A stretch of DNA of 64,000 nucleotides. It comes from Planctomycetota bacterium. GTDB taxonomy: Bacteria > Planctomycetota > UBA8108 > UBA1146. Below are positions 39,162-48,945 of this stretch, piece by piece. The position numbers were made by a program, and so were the translations under genes. Below the pieces are notes generated by a model, which ran no database searches, was not told the origin of the DNA, and saw only the letters and a program-made list of their open reading frames with translations. Numbering within the stretch: position 1 is the stretch's first letter; each line of letters starts with the position of its first letter. The stretch spans positions 981 through 64,980 of the forward strand of contig JAYZBV010000109.1 of the NCBI GenBank assembly GCA_036338595.1, given 5' to 3'.

Positions 39162-42100
39162 CAATTTCTCGACCGTGCAATCCACTGCTGCGCCGACTCC
39201 TTGAGTGCCGGGAGATCGATCTGCGCCTCGCCATCTTCGGAGAAGTAGCGTGCCTCGATGGATGCGACTTCTTTTTTGAGAGCGGGCAGCTGGTCGTTAT
39301 CGATCAGCGCCTGCTCCGCCTCGATACAGCGCAGCAGATGAGCGACCGACAGAGGACTCACTTCTTCTGGCATCTTCCAGCGTGGTTCGGCAACCACTGC
39401 AACTTTCTTGTTTCGATTCAGGAATGTGATGAAGAGTACGGAAAAGATCGCAGCGATGCTCAGCAACGCCCAGCCGGGAAGACCCTTGCTGGGAATCTTC
39501 AGGGTGGCCATCGGTTGCTCGAGGGTCACGATGTCGAAATCTTCGTACTTCTTGCAGATCAACTCGGTGCCTTCTGCAGCGCCGGGGAAATTGAAGATCA
39601 CGCTACTTTCGCTCTGTTCGGGGGTCACCAGGTTGATGGTCCAGGAGCGTTCCGACTCCGGCACGATGGGCAATGCTTCCGGATCGATCTTGACCACGTT
39701 GAGGCCGTTATCGAGCAGGCCATCGATTTCTGCCAGAGAGTACCCGGCATCGGTGATTTGCTGCTGCCAGTCCGGCAAGATCCCATCGAGATCGGGGAGT
39801 ACTCCGAGACCATTGGCGAGGATCTCCAGCTTCAGCTTGCCCGATTCCAGTTCCCGGCCATCGAGGGCAATCTCGACCTGATTGGTTCCCGCAGTGGGAC
39901 GTGGGCCGGAACTGCTCGACGCGAGGATGGGCAGTACTGGTGAGACCACCGGTACTCGAACCGATCCATTGGTTCCGTCACGGAAATCGAGGTCGATGCG
40001 AACCTCGGGCAGCAGGTCGACCGATCTATCCTTGGCTCGAAGGATCAGATAGGCAAAGGCCTGTTCCATCCAACCAGGTCGCTGGAAGGAGTAGGGCTTC
40101 GAGTCGGGACTGTTGAACTGCAACGCCTCGATGGTGAAGTGCTCATCGAAGGCCTCGCGCAGCCTCGCCTCGAAGTCGTCGCGGTAGTCCATCGGCTGGG
40201 GAGCCATCGGGACATAGACCATGTTGCGCAGATAGAGGTCAAACCCACCCGCTTCTCGTTCCAGGGAATCGGTGTAGCGAAGCGCCACCCGAACTCCAAA
40301 TGGATCGGTTCCGACCTCATTGCTGCCATCGAGGCTGACCGCGAGTTCCACCTCGGATTCGAGATCCTGGTAGAGCCTCGCCAGTCGTCGTGTGCCTCTG
40401 CCGAGAGGGTGATCTCCGATGACGCGCATCGCATGACGGACGAAGCGTGACTTCATGTCCGCCTTCACCTGCGCAACCGATGACTCGACTGCGCTGGCAA
40501 AGAGACCCCGATGCAGAAGCTGCTCCTCTTGGGGCAGTTCAGAGAGGGAAGCCTCGAGCAGCCCGACCTGATCGTTCTCGGGCTTGGTGGTCATAGTCAG
40601 GAAGCCCAGTTCGGTAGCTCCGAGCGCGCTGACGAACCACTGAAGGTGGGGAGTGACAGCGCGCGATACCTGGCCGGCATTGAATTGCTCCGAGTAGATC
40701 CTCACCGCATCGGCATAACGGGCAAACGCGGCCTCGCGCTGGGGAACATAGCGCTCGAGGTCGGGATCGAGTTCGTGCCAGTACTCGGCCAGATCGAAGC
40801 GAAGATTTCCGGCCAGCATCGGTGCTTGCCACGACTTCGGCTCCTTGTCCCTCGCATGTGAGGTCAACTGCAACCCCAGCTGGTAGCCGCGTTCCACCTC
40901 TTGCTGCAGTTCCTGGGTGGTGCGTCGGGTACCCTTCGTTTGCTGAAGCTCCGGGCTTCTCCAGTTGCGTTGCAACTGACGCCACATTCCCCGCGCGATC
41001 TGCTCCGCAACCGCCACCGGCAACTGATCGACGGGCCCGAAGAGTGCCTCGATATCTTCCCTCAGGTATACCTCTGCCTGACTGTGGCTGGCGGAAAAGG
41101 CGCCGACCAGCGCGGTCCAGTCGAGATCTGGAACCTTCATCACTCGGAGTTCGGCGACCACCTCACCGAGGTGGCGAAGACTACGTCGCTGCTTCGAGCG
41201 AGTCAGAGGTGCACTGCGTTGCCCACCGAAGGAGCTGAAGAAGACGCCGGTGGAGGTGACGATTCTTCTCTCGAAGAAGTCATCGTCGGGTCGGTTGGGA
41301 TCGAGATTTCGACTCCACTCGCTGATCAACACCGAGGCGAGTTCAGAGGTGTCGACGGCCGGGTCATCGACGAGAGCACGCAGAGCAGCCATGGCGCGCT
41401 CAGGTTCATCGGCTCGTGCTGCGCAGGCGATGGTGGCGAGAGCGCAGGCCTGGCGAAGCGATGGGGCGATCGCCTGCAGCCAGCGCTGATCAGGTGTCGC
41501 ATCGACCAGATCGCGGGGTCGGATCTTTTGACTGGCGCGCCGGTTTGCAGGCAGCGAGATGGGTTTCCCCAGGCTCAGGTTGGCCTCATCCGAGAAAGCG
41601 ATCGCCAGTGCATCGATGGAAGCTTGCCACGGCCCGATGTCATCGCCGATCTGGTCGAGCATGGTATCGACGGCGACGCGGATCGATTGCAAGATCTTGA
41701 GCCGGGTTGCGGGATTGGAGCCGCGATTCTGGATCTGTGCGCGCGCTTGCGACCCGAGCTGGGAGAGCAACGCCTGACCGACTTCTCCGGAATCAGCAAA
41801 GACTCGCTGTCGCCAGGTGGAGGTCCATGTGTGTGGGAGATCGGGTAATAGCGGGGTCAGCAGTGTCACCGATCGGGTTCGTTCCTTCGCATCGACACTG
41901 CTGTCCTCGGCCACGGATGAGAAGAGATCCGCAGATTCGATCTGATGGTCGCGCTTGATCTTCAGGTCTTTTTCGGAGCGGGAGATGGCCAGGTGATAGC
42001 GGCCGTGCCGGATGCGTAACTGTGCGCTGGCTTCTCCCTCCAGCGGCAGCGGTTCCAGATACGGTTTTGCGTCTGCATGCATCTCGGCAGCCACCAGTAG

Positions 42101-43105
42101 GTCACAGGCACGCGCTCGATTATCCGGGTCGGGTCCGCCGTACTGACCGACCCCTTGCTCCAACCGCTGAAGGAAGGTTCGCGTCGATCCACGGCTTGCC
42201 GCTTTCTTCAACAGTATGCCGTACGCCTGCAGCAGCGGATCTTCAGTGTCGTTGGCTGCAGGAATCTCGTCGGGGCTGGGCTCTCCCGATCGATCGGCCT
42301 GAAACTCCATGGCAATACCGACATCTCCGATGAGGGTCACCTCGATCGGTGCACCTTCGATCACCTCCGGTGGGGGCGGGATCTCCTCACTGGTGCTGGC
42401 ACTGGCACTGGCACTCGCTTCTGGAAGCGTGACGGTGGCCAGATCGAGCACCTCTTCCGGCAGCATCGCCTGATCATTTCTTGAAAGGAGTTGCACGGCT
42501 CTTTGATGCACTTCCTTCGCCTGATCTGCACAGGCGATGAGTTCCTCCTGATAGCCATTCCAGTTTCCTGAACGGATCAGCATCGCGATCCGTTCGGCAC
42601 GAGCGATGGCTTGTTGATCTTTGGCAGTGTCTTCGGCGGGCATCTCTTTCAGCCCTCCGAACGCAAGATCACGCCTCGCTTCGAGCACGGCCTCGATGTT
42701 TCGAGGTTTGGCGAGAGTGGTCTTGTTCAGCGCATTGGCGATGGAGATGGTTTTCTCGGGCTCCGCCACCAGAACTACCGAAGTGGACGCATTGCCAGGG
42801 GCTTGCGGTACCAGAGACGCTTTGTACATCGCCATGAAGAGCGGGTCATGGCACTGGGTGCAGTCCTGGCCGACGAAGTGGTTCGGGGGAAGGGGGGGAA
42901 ATTTGTTCATCACTCCCGCACCTGGAGGTACCTGACCCACCGGGAGCGGAACGGCTCCTGCTGGCAAAGCGCCGGCGGGAATCCTTTGCAGCCGTGTGGC
43001 ACGAATCGGCCTCGCTGCTGCCTGGGCTCGAATCAGTTCCGATGCCAACAGTCCAGAGAGCAGGACGAGGATGAAACAGGTTTGCAACTGCCATCGAGGT
43101 GTCAT
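39161..43105 (-). CDS. Giant (1314 aa) secreted, C-terminally membrane-anchored protein with a single CxxCH motif, in the BatD position
   Basis: ATG 43105 with GGAGGA 6 nt upstream. Signal peptide MTPRWQLQTCFILVLLSGLLAS. DCTQCHD near the N-terminus, then a long helical middle and a beta-rich C-terminal third. One TM (GWALLSIAAIFSVLFITFL) followed by a tail of about 90 aa. Confidence 0.8.
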   Translation of the reverse strand: MTPRWQLQTCFILVLLSGLLASELIRAQAAARPIRATRLQRIPAGALPAGAVPLPVGQVPPGAGVMNKFPPLPPNHFVGQDCTQCHDPLFMAMYKASLVPQAPGNASTSVVLVAEPEKTISIANALNKTTLAKPRNIEAVLEARRDLAFGGLKEMPAEDTAKDQQAIARAERIAMLIRSGNWNGYQEELIACADQAKEVHQRAVQLLSRNDQAMLPEEVLDLATVTLPEASASASASTSEEIPPPPEVIEGAPIEVTLIGDVGIAMEFQADRSGEPSPDEIPAANDTEDPLLQAYGILLKKAASRGSTRTFLQRLEQGVGQYGGPDPDNRARACDLLVAAEMHADAKPYLEPLPLEGEASAQLRIRHGRYHLAISRSEKDLKIKRDHQIESADLFSSVAEDSSVDAKERTRSVTLLTPLLPDLPHTWTSTWRQRVFADSGEVGQALLSQLGSQARAQIQNRGSNPATRLKILQSIRVAVDTMLDQIGDDIGPWQASIDALAIAFSDEANLSLGKPISLPANRRASQKIRPRDLVDATPDQRWLQAIAPSLRQACALATIACAARADEPERAMAALRALVDDPAVDTSELASVLISEWSRNLDPNRPDDDFFERRIVTSTGVFFSSFGGQRSAPLTRSKQRRSLRHLGEVVAELRVMKVPDLDWTALVGAFSASHSQAEVYLREDIEALFGPVDQLPVAVAEQIARGMWRQLQRNWRSPELQQTKGTRRTTQELQQEVERGYQLGLQLTSHARDKEPKSWQAPMLAGNLRFDLAEYWHELDPDLERYVPQREAAFARYADAVRIYSEQFNAGQVSRAVTPHLQWFVSALGATELGFLTMTTKPENDQVGLLEASLSELPQEEQLLHRGLFASAVESSVAQVKADMKSRFVRHAMRVIGDHPLGRGTRRLARLYQDLESEVELAVSLDGSNEVGTDPFGVRVALRYTDSLEREAGGFDLYLRNMVYVPMAPQPMDYRDDFEARLREAFDEHFTIEALQFNSPDSKPYSFQRPGWMEQAFAYLILRAKDRSVDLLPEVRIDLDFRDGTNGSVRVPVVSPVLPILASSSSGPRPTAGTNQVEIALDGRELESGKLKLEILANGLGVLPDLDGILPDWQQQITDAGYSLAEIDGLLDNGLNVVKIDPEALPIVPESERSWTINLVTPEQSESSVIFNFPGAAEGTELICKKYEDFDIVTLEQPMATLKIPSKGLPGWALLSIAAIFSVLFITFLNRNKKVAVVAEPRWKMPEEVSPLSVAHLLRCIEAEQALIDNDQLPALKKEVASIEARYFSEDGEAQIDLPALKESAQQWIARSRN

Positions 43106-43228
43106 GAAGGTTCCTCCGGGCTCATCTTGAAGGTGCGGGTGACCAGCGATGCAGGGATTGTAGGTCAATAAGAGAGTGCCATCGAGAGTCCGAAACGGTG
43201 TTCTGGGACCAGGTCCATCTAGAAATCA

Positions 43229-43254
43229 GGCCCGCACCGTTTCCGATGCGGGCC
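43229..43254 (-). terminator. Candidate intrinsic terminator hairpin
   Basis: GGCCCGCA/TGCGGGCC 8-bp perfect stem with a 10-nt loop. On the minus strand it is followed by TGATTTCT. It lies about 150 nt downstream of the stop at 43404. Confidence 0.45.
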
Positions 43255-43403
43255 CAACAGATTTCTCAGATCAGATTCTGGTCTCAGGAACCGGAACCAT
43301 TGGCCCTTGCACGACTGGCGCCAACATTATTGGACTTGCCGCGACTGTCGCCGATCCTTGGATTCTTGCCATTGCCCCTCGAACCGAGGAGCCCGGAACC
43401 CTG

Positions 43404-43994
43404 TCAGCATCCCCCCGGAAGAGGCAACGCTTGTAACTCGGCGAGGTCCATTCGCTCGAGCCAGATCACCGACTCGACATTCTTCTTGAGGTCTTGCGAT
43501 TCGCTGGCACCACGAGCCTCGGCATCTTCGGCGAGCAGACGGAAGTGTTGACGTGCCTTTTCAGCTTCTGGCTTCCACACTGCAGACTCGGCGCCTTCGA
43601 GGCGCAGTTTCCAGGTTGCGAAGTACTGGGCAGCAGCAATCCTGGCCCTGGCATCTCTGGCCAGATCGGGATCGACATCCTTGACCTCGTCGAGCACCTC
43701 TTCCATGCCGGCGATTCCATTCCAGGTGTTGCCGGACATGAACTCTGCGTGGCTCGCACGTAGGCGCAACCAACGGTTCGACTCGGGAGAATCAGTGGGG
43801 GCCTCGCCGATGGCCTGGCCAAAGAGCTCGGCGGCTTCTTCCCAGTTTTCTTGATCGGCAGCAGTCATCGCCAGTTCTACGGTGGAGGCGACGCGTGAGC
43901 GGGCCTGCAACTCCTGACCGGGACCAAACCACCAGATCGCCATCACCACCGGGATCAACGCCCAGACGGTCCACAGCATCTTTTTTCGCTTCAT
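43404..43994 (-). CDS. Membrane-anchored helical (TPR-like) protein, in the BatC position
   Basis: ATG 43994 with AAGGAG 8 nt upstream. TM MLWTVWALIPVVMAIWWF, then about 170 aa of Ala/Glu/Arg-rich helices. Confidence 0.6.
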   Translation of the reverse strand: MKRKKMLWTVWALIPVVMAIWWFGPGQELQARSRVASTVELAMTAADQENWEEAAELFGQAIGEAPTDSPESNRWLRLRASHAEFMSGNTWNGIAGMEEVLDEVKDVDPDLARDARARIAAAQYFATWKLRLEGAESAVWKPEAEKARQHFRLLAEDAEARGASESQDLKKNVESVIWLERMDLAELQALPLPGGC

Positions 43995-44233
43995 GCGAGA
44001 GACTCCTTCCGACCCGTGAGTGGGTAGTCCTGCGCTGCACGGCAAGGATCTTCCACTGCGTCCATCGTAGCAGGATTCCATTTGAGTTGCGAGGCACAAG
44101 AGGGGCCCAGCCAGGCGAACAGAGGCCGAATCGAGCGAAGGAACCGCCAACTTCTGCCTCCGCACCCTCGATCCCGCATCTCGATCCATTGATCTGGAAC
44201 AGTGAAACACGGCGCCTGGAGTTCATGCCCGGA

Positions 44234-45358
44234 TCAAAAGATCAGGGTCACCGCAACACTGATCTGATCGTCAGTTCCATGATCCAGATCATCGTGGCGT
44301 TCGTAATTGACATTGATCCGGTGCAGCTTTTTCTGGCCGTAGGGGTAGTAGCCGACACCAACTGTGGTCCGGTCGCGGGAATCCAATCCATCGGTATCCT
44401 CATCGTGGTCGAATTCTTCAAAACGAACCGCCCAGAACAGATCCGGAGATGTGAAGTAGGAGCCCTGTACATAGAAGCCACCCGGTGACACCGTGCCATC
44501 GGTGATGATGTCGTGTGATCCCGCTTCCGTGGTGGCCGTGATCATCTCTGCTTGCACGGTGGCGACCCGGAGGTTGTCCTCGTGGAGGTCCCATCGGAAA
44601 TCGACTCCCCAGGCATCTTCGTCATGAGCCTCATCATCGGTGTCGATGGTGGGGTCTCCCTCGAGGTGCAGCGATCCAGTGTAAAAGGATGTCCCCACAG
44701 TCCAGGTGCCAAAGCCGCCCTTCTTCGGGCTGCTGAGCGAAGCACGACCGACAAAATCCAGCGAGTTGTTGTCGTCGTTCTTGAGGATCCCGTTGCCATT
44801 CATCGCCATCACCTTGTAACCGAGCCTGTATCCAGAACCGAGTTGCTGGGAACTGGCCACCTCGAGACCAAAATCCCTGAAGAATCCGGGCCCGGTACCG
44901 GCATCTCTTCGGACCAGGTCGCGAGCGATGCCACCGTTGATGAAGGCCGGATGGTTGAAGTCCCACTTCGAGAAGGACGGATAGGTGCCGATTCCGAAGG
45001 GGTACTTGAACTGGCCCAGACGCAACGAGGTGCGATCGGAGACGGAGTACCTGAGGAAGGTCTGCAACAACTTCGTCTCTCGCTCATCGGAACCGCCCAC
45101 GGCACCATCGAACATGAAATGATAACTGAGGTCTTCAGCCACTTTTCCGTTCGCTCCGAAGCGGGCTTTCTGAAGCATCAGAGATTGTTCATCTTCATCC
45201 CCCAGATCGAACTGGCTTTCAATTTGAAGCCAGAAGAAGGGGTTGAAGGTGGGATCGAAACTACTCGATCCCTGTGGAGCATCCTGTCCATTTACTGACT
45301 GGAGAACTGCTCCTGAAAGGACCAGAACGGATGCAAACAGAGTCAATTTGACGATTTT
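44234..45358 (-). CDS. Outer-membrane porin, OprO/P-like beta-barrel
   Basis: TTG 45358 preceded by AAGGAGGA gives the signal peptide MKIVKLTLFASVLVLSGAVLQSVNG. Alternating strand pattern, Asp/Gly-rich loops, and C-terminal VAVTLIF. Confidence 0.65.
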   Translation of the reverse strand, partial: KIVKLTLFASVLVLSGAVLQSVNGQDAPQGSSSFDPTFNPFFWLQIESQFDLGDEDEQSLMLQKARFGANGKVAEDLSYHFMFDGAVGGSDERETKLLQTFLRYSVSDRTSLRLGQFKYPFGIGTYPSFSKWDFNHPAFINGGIARDLVRRDAGTGPGFFRDFGLEVASSQQLGSGYRLGYKVMAMNGNGILKNDDNNSLDFVGRASLSSPKKGGFGTWTVGTSFYTGSLHLEGDPTIDTDDEAHDEDAWGVDFRWDLHEDNLRVATVQAEMITATTEAGSHDIITDGTVSPGGFYVQGSYFTSPDLFWAVRFEEFDHDEDTDGLDSRDRTTVGVGYYPYGQKKLHRINVNYERHDDLDHGTDDQISVAVTLIF

Positions 45359-45611
45359 CAATGCTCCTCCTTGACCGGGAAATGGCACGATTTCTCCTCA
45401 TCGAACTCACCTCAAGAGAGCCGATGCTAGATAGCCACCAGTCCAAGTCAAGTCACGAATCCATCGACCCCACCACGGACACGCTCGATATGCAACGGAT
45501 GTGCCTACCCCTGAGTCGAAGGCTCGCGCAACTCGACATCCACATCAGGAGCGGCACAGCTGTTTGAGATGGTCCGGTGGTTTGACTGCAGGGCAATGCC
45601 ACTGCACCGGT

Positions 45612-46166
45612 TCAGTGGTGGCCGTTCAGTTGTAGCCAGTAGAGGATGCCGATCCCGTCCTCGAAGGTACAACCGGGAACCGAGATGTTGCGCTCGATCT
45701 CGGTGAAGCCGAGGCGGGCGTGGAGATCCCTGCTGGCATCATTTCGGCTACTGGCAAAGTAGTAGAGTCGTTCGATCTGGTCGAAGTCGCTTCTCGAACG
45801 GAGCCAGTGGATGCGATGCTCCGTGACGGCCCGACCGATGCCACGGCGCTGGTGATCGGGAGCGATCACCAACCCGGTGAGATACCAGCCGACCGGGAGA
45901 TCGGGGTACTGGTGCCTGCTGATTCGAGCGTAGGCGACCAGTACCTGCTTGAGTCGAGCGATGAAGATCTGGCAGGAATTGGATCCTTCGACCAGTTGCT
46001 CATTCAGGTATTCCAGGTGTCGTTCGGGATCATTTCTTTCACGCTGCGCGATGAGGTCCGCGACCGCAGGAAGATCGTCGCAGGTCGCCTCGTCGATCTC
46101 CAACCCAACCACCGGCACGGCATCGACAGGACGATCCGTGATGTATCGGACAAACTTCTTGGTCAT
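45612..46166 (-). CDS. GNAT-family N-acetyltransferase
   Basis: 184 aa with an acetyl-CoA motif VIAPDHQRRGIGRAV. Confidence 0.8.
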   Translation of the reverse strand: MTKKFVRYITDRPVDAVPVVGLEIDEATCDDLPAVADLIAQRERNDPERHLEYLNEQLVEGSNSCQIFIARLKQVLVAYARISRHQYPDLPVGWYLTGLVIAPDHQRRGIGRAVTEHRIHWLRSRSDFDQIERLYYFASSRNDASRDLHARLGFTEIERNISVPGCTFEDGIGILYWLQLNGHH

Positions 46167-46208
46167 GCAGCCTCCAGCACGGTAACCAACCGGGATCGTA
46201 AACTGCTG

Positions 46209-47186
46209 TCAGGAAGCGGTCACAACAACCTTACGGCGGCTGCCGAAGTGGGCCAGGGATAGCGGTAGCAGGCCGATGATGGTGCCGCCGATGCCGGTGA
46301 TGGCGAGGGCCAGATCTCTGAGGAAGGTCTGGTCCTGGATCGATGGCACCGCCATCGACAGCGACCGGATGATGTCGGATGGAAGGTGCTTGGTGTTGCC
46401 GTCGTGGTAGCGACCCTTGAGGCGTACCGCCAGTCGTTCCAGCGCCTGCTTGTTCTGGCGCGAGGTGCGGCCCGCCACCGGGGAGCCCTTGTGTGGATCG
46501 CCGACGCCAACCACCAGCACATCGGCGATGGAGATGGGAATCTGCCGCGGCAGTGCGCCGTCGACGGTATCTCCATCGGAGACCACGACCAGGGTGGCGG
46601 TCTCCTTGGGCCACGGCTTGGCGTACTTCAGCGCCTCCTCGACTCCCTTCTGCAACTGCGTCTGGCCCGGTTCAAAGGCGTGTTCCATCGGCAGCGCATT
46701 GAGCACGTTTCGCACCACGTTGATGTCGAACGATTCCAGCACCACCGGCATCGCCTCGGTGTAGAAGGCGATCACGGAAACTCGGGTGCGGGTCATGTCG
46801 AGTCGCTCGAAGAGCGCCTCCAGCACATCCGAGGCGCGCTCACCTCGGCGCTGGTTGCGTTTCTCGCTCGCATCCTCGAGGTACATGCTGGGCGACACAT
46901 CGAGCGCCACCAGCAGGTGTTGCGATGGTTCCTTGTCGGGATCGATCTCCGGTGGTTTGCTCTCCAGATGAGCGAGCACCCACAACCCGCCCGCCAGCAT
47001 CGTCACGGCCAGACAGCGAAGAAGCGGTGCCAACCGGGTCCACGGCTGCGGGCCCGCTTCGCCGAAGGCGAGCTTCTCGATGCGGCGAATCCTGCCCACA
47101 TGCAACCACTCGCCGATGGCGACCAGGATCAGTGCCAGCAGTGCGATGACCGCTGCGGAATAGATCAGCTGCTCGGGATCTACCAT
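46209..47186 (-). CDS. VWA-domain membrane protein (BatB-like)
   Basis: ATG 47186, 1 nt after the upstream stop. N-terminal TMs and a MIDAS motif LVALDVSPSM. Confidence 0.8.
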   Translation of the reverse strand: MVDPEQLIYSAAVIALLALILVAIGEWLHVGRIRRIEKLAFGEAGPQPWTRLAPLLRCLAVTMLAGGLWVLAHLESKPPEIDPDKEPSQHLLVALDVSPSMYLEDASEKRNQRRGERASDVLEALFERLDMTRTRVSVIAFYTEAMPVVLESFDINVVRNVLNALPMEHAFEPGQTQLQKGVEEALKYAKPWPKETATLVVVSDGDTVDGALPRQIPISIADVLVVGVGDPHKGSPVAGRTSRQNKQALERLAVRLKGRYHDGNTKHLPSDIIRSLSMAVPSIQDQTFLRDLALAITGIGGTIIGLLPLSLAHFGSRRKVVVTAS

Positions 47187-48097
47187 GGAGTCACCCGCCA
47201 GCCGAGCGATGTGAACAGGTGCACTCCCAGCAGCGACAGGCCGATCCATGCCAGTAGCGAGAAGTCCTCGATGGGGCGAGCGCCGGCTGGTTTCAACTTG
47301 GCCGGCTCCATCGCATCGATGTGATCGAAGACACGCTGTAGTGCCGCGGAGTCGTGGGCCGCAAACACCTCACCCTGTGTCTGGCCGACCACCTCGTACA
47401 ACTGCCCCGGCGCCGATCCGGTGCCGATGTAGATGGCGTAGAGGGCGATGTTGAGGCTAGCGAGTTCCTGACCGATCTGGCGCGCAGCACCGCCGCCGAG
47501 ATCGGAGGAAAAGCCATCGGAGACGAGCACGATGAGGCGGTCTCCCTCTTCCTGCTCGGAGAGGCTACCCATGCAGGATCGCAGTGCGGCACCGATGCGA
47601 GTCGAGTTCATGTGAGGCGGCATCTTTCTCGCATCGATGAAGGGAGTGGCGAGGGCGATGGCATCGAGATCGAGGGTCAGAGGCGTCCAGCGGATCGTTT
47701 CGCCGCCGAAGATGGTCAGGCCGCAGGCATCTCCCTTGCGCATCTTGCAGAAGTGCTGGATCGATGCGACGGCGGTATCACTTCGCAGGGTGCCATCGCT
47801 CATGGCGACCCCCATCGATCCGGATACATCGAGAGCGATCTCGATGTTGGTGATCTCGCGACGTATCTGCGGTTCTCCCATCACCTGGGGTCCTGCCATC
47901 ACCGCTATGGTGACCGCCAGGATCACCGGGGGAAATGCAGCGGCCAGCCACAGTGACCTGCGCAACCAGGGTCTTTTGCCGTGCGATCGATGATCGAAGG
48001 GCATGGCGACTCTCGGGCCGCTGCGAAACGCTTCCCACAGCAACAGAAACATCGGCACCAGCCACAGCGCCACGACCCAGGGATGAGCAAAACTCAA
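47180..48097 (-). CDS. VWA-domain membrane protein (BatA-like)
   Basis: TTG 48097 in a TTGA overlap. N-terminus FAHPWVVALWLVPMFLLLW, and MIDAS IALDVSGSM. Confidence 0.8.
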   Translation of the reverse strand: MSFAHPWVVALWLVPMFLLLWEAFRSGPRVAMPFDHRSHGKRPWLRRSLWLAAAFPPVILAVTIAVMAGPQVMGEPQIRREITNIEIALDVSGSMGVAMSDGTLRSDTAVASIQHFCKMRKGDACGLTIFGGETIRWTPLTLDLDAIALATPFIDARKMPPHMNSTRIGAALRSCMGSLSEQEEGDRLIVLVSDGFSSDLGGGAARQIGQELASLNIALYAIYIGTGSAPGQLYEVVGQTQGEVFAAHDSAALQRVFDHIDAMEPAKLKPAGARPIEDFSLLAWIGLSLLGVHLFTSLGWRVTPW

Positions 48098-48945
48098 GAG
48101 CCCTCCTCGATGGCGTCAGGGATCGGTGTGGCATAGGGGGCGAGCAGATCTTCCAGTTGTTTTTCGCTGACCGCCTCGTCTCGACCCGAATGCAGCCATT
48201 GCTCGACGGTCACCAGCAAGATGCCTGCCTCGGGGTGGGCCCTCAGTTTCTGGATTCCCTCGCCGTGGCGGTAACTTCCCAGATCCAGCTCGACACGCCA
48301 GTGCGCCAGCAGGATCCGTTCCATCGTCGCCTTCCTCGCATCGTCAAGCTCTCCGGCAAGTGCAGCGATCACCAGCGGTCGCAGCAACTCTGCGAGGGTT
48401 GGTGGGGGAGCCGGTACAGGCTCCGGTGCAGGCGCTTTCCTGAGCCAGCGGATCAGTGTCAGGATCGAGAGTGGCAACAACATCCAGCCGATCGCCAGCG
48501 CCCACGGCACCCACTCGGGGAAGCCAAGGATCGGCGAGATCGGTCCAGGGATCTGGTTCAGATCTCCATCGTGGTCATCCTTCAGCAGCGAACTGACCGA
48601 GATGATCATCGTCGGCAGCTGGATGGCTGCATCTCCCTCGCCGTGGCGAAGCAGAGGAGCCAGGTCGTGCTCACCGGGCAGCATGGCGATCCACCTCAGG
48701 TCGTAGGTCGAATCTTGACCCTCACCTTCCGCGGCAGGGGTGATCGATGCGATGCGAACCAGCACCGGCGAGTCGTCGGGAATCGGCGCCACCTCGAGCG
48801 GTTTGCCGGCCCATTTCAGCAAGATCTGTCCCTCGATCCCGACCGTTCCTGTGGCGTACTCCTCGCTCTGGAGGGGGTTTGCCTGCAGGCAGGTAGTGAT
48901 CAGAAGGGATGTGGCGATCAGGAGCAGTGGTAGCACAGATCTCAT
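48094..48945 (-). CDS. Secreted/membrane protein, DUF4381-like position in the Bat operon
   Basis: 283 aa with a signal peptide, an internal TM (PWALAIGWMLLPLSILTLIRWL) and a Pro-rich linker. ATGA overlaps at both ends. Confidence 0.6.
   Translation of the reverse strand: MRSVLPLLLIATSLLITTCLQANPLQSEEYATGTVGIEGQILLKWAGKPLEVAPIPDDSPVLVRIASITPAAEGEGQDSTYDLRWIAMLPGEHDLAPLLRHGEGDAAIQLPTMIISVSSLLKDDHDGDLNQIPGPISPILGFPEWVPWALAIGWMLLPLSILTLIRWLRKAPAPEPVPAPPPTLAELLRPLVIAALAGELDDARKATMERILLAHWRVELDLGSYRHGEGIQKLRAHPEAGILLVTVEQWLHSGRDEAVSEKQLEDLLAPYATPIPDAIEEGS

Noticed and set aside
42396-42413. A (CTGGCA)x3 hexanucleotide repeat inside the giant gene, encoding SASASA.
   Set aside because: Only three units, and any slippage would stay in frame. 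It is most simply a low-complexity linker rather than a phase-variation tract.
43320-43400. A 27-codon minus-strand ORF (MLTGFRAPRFEGQWQESKDRRQSRQVQ) that starts inside the stop codon context of the BatC-like gene.
   Set aside because: It has no SD and no recognisable peptide features, and its length is what chance would produce in a 298-nt spacer.
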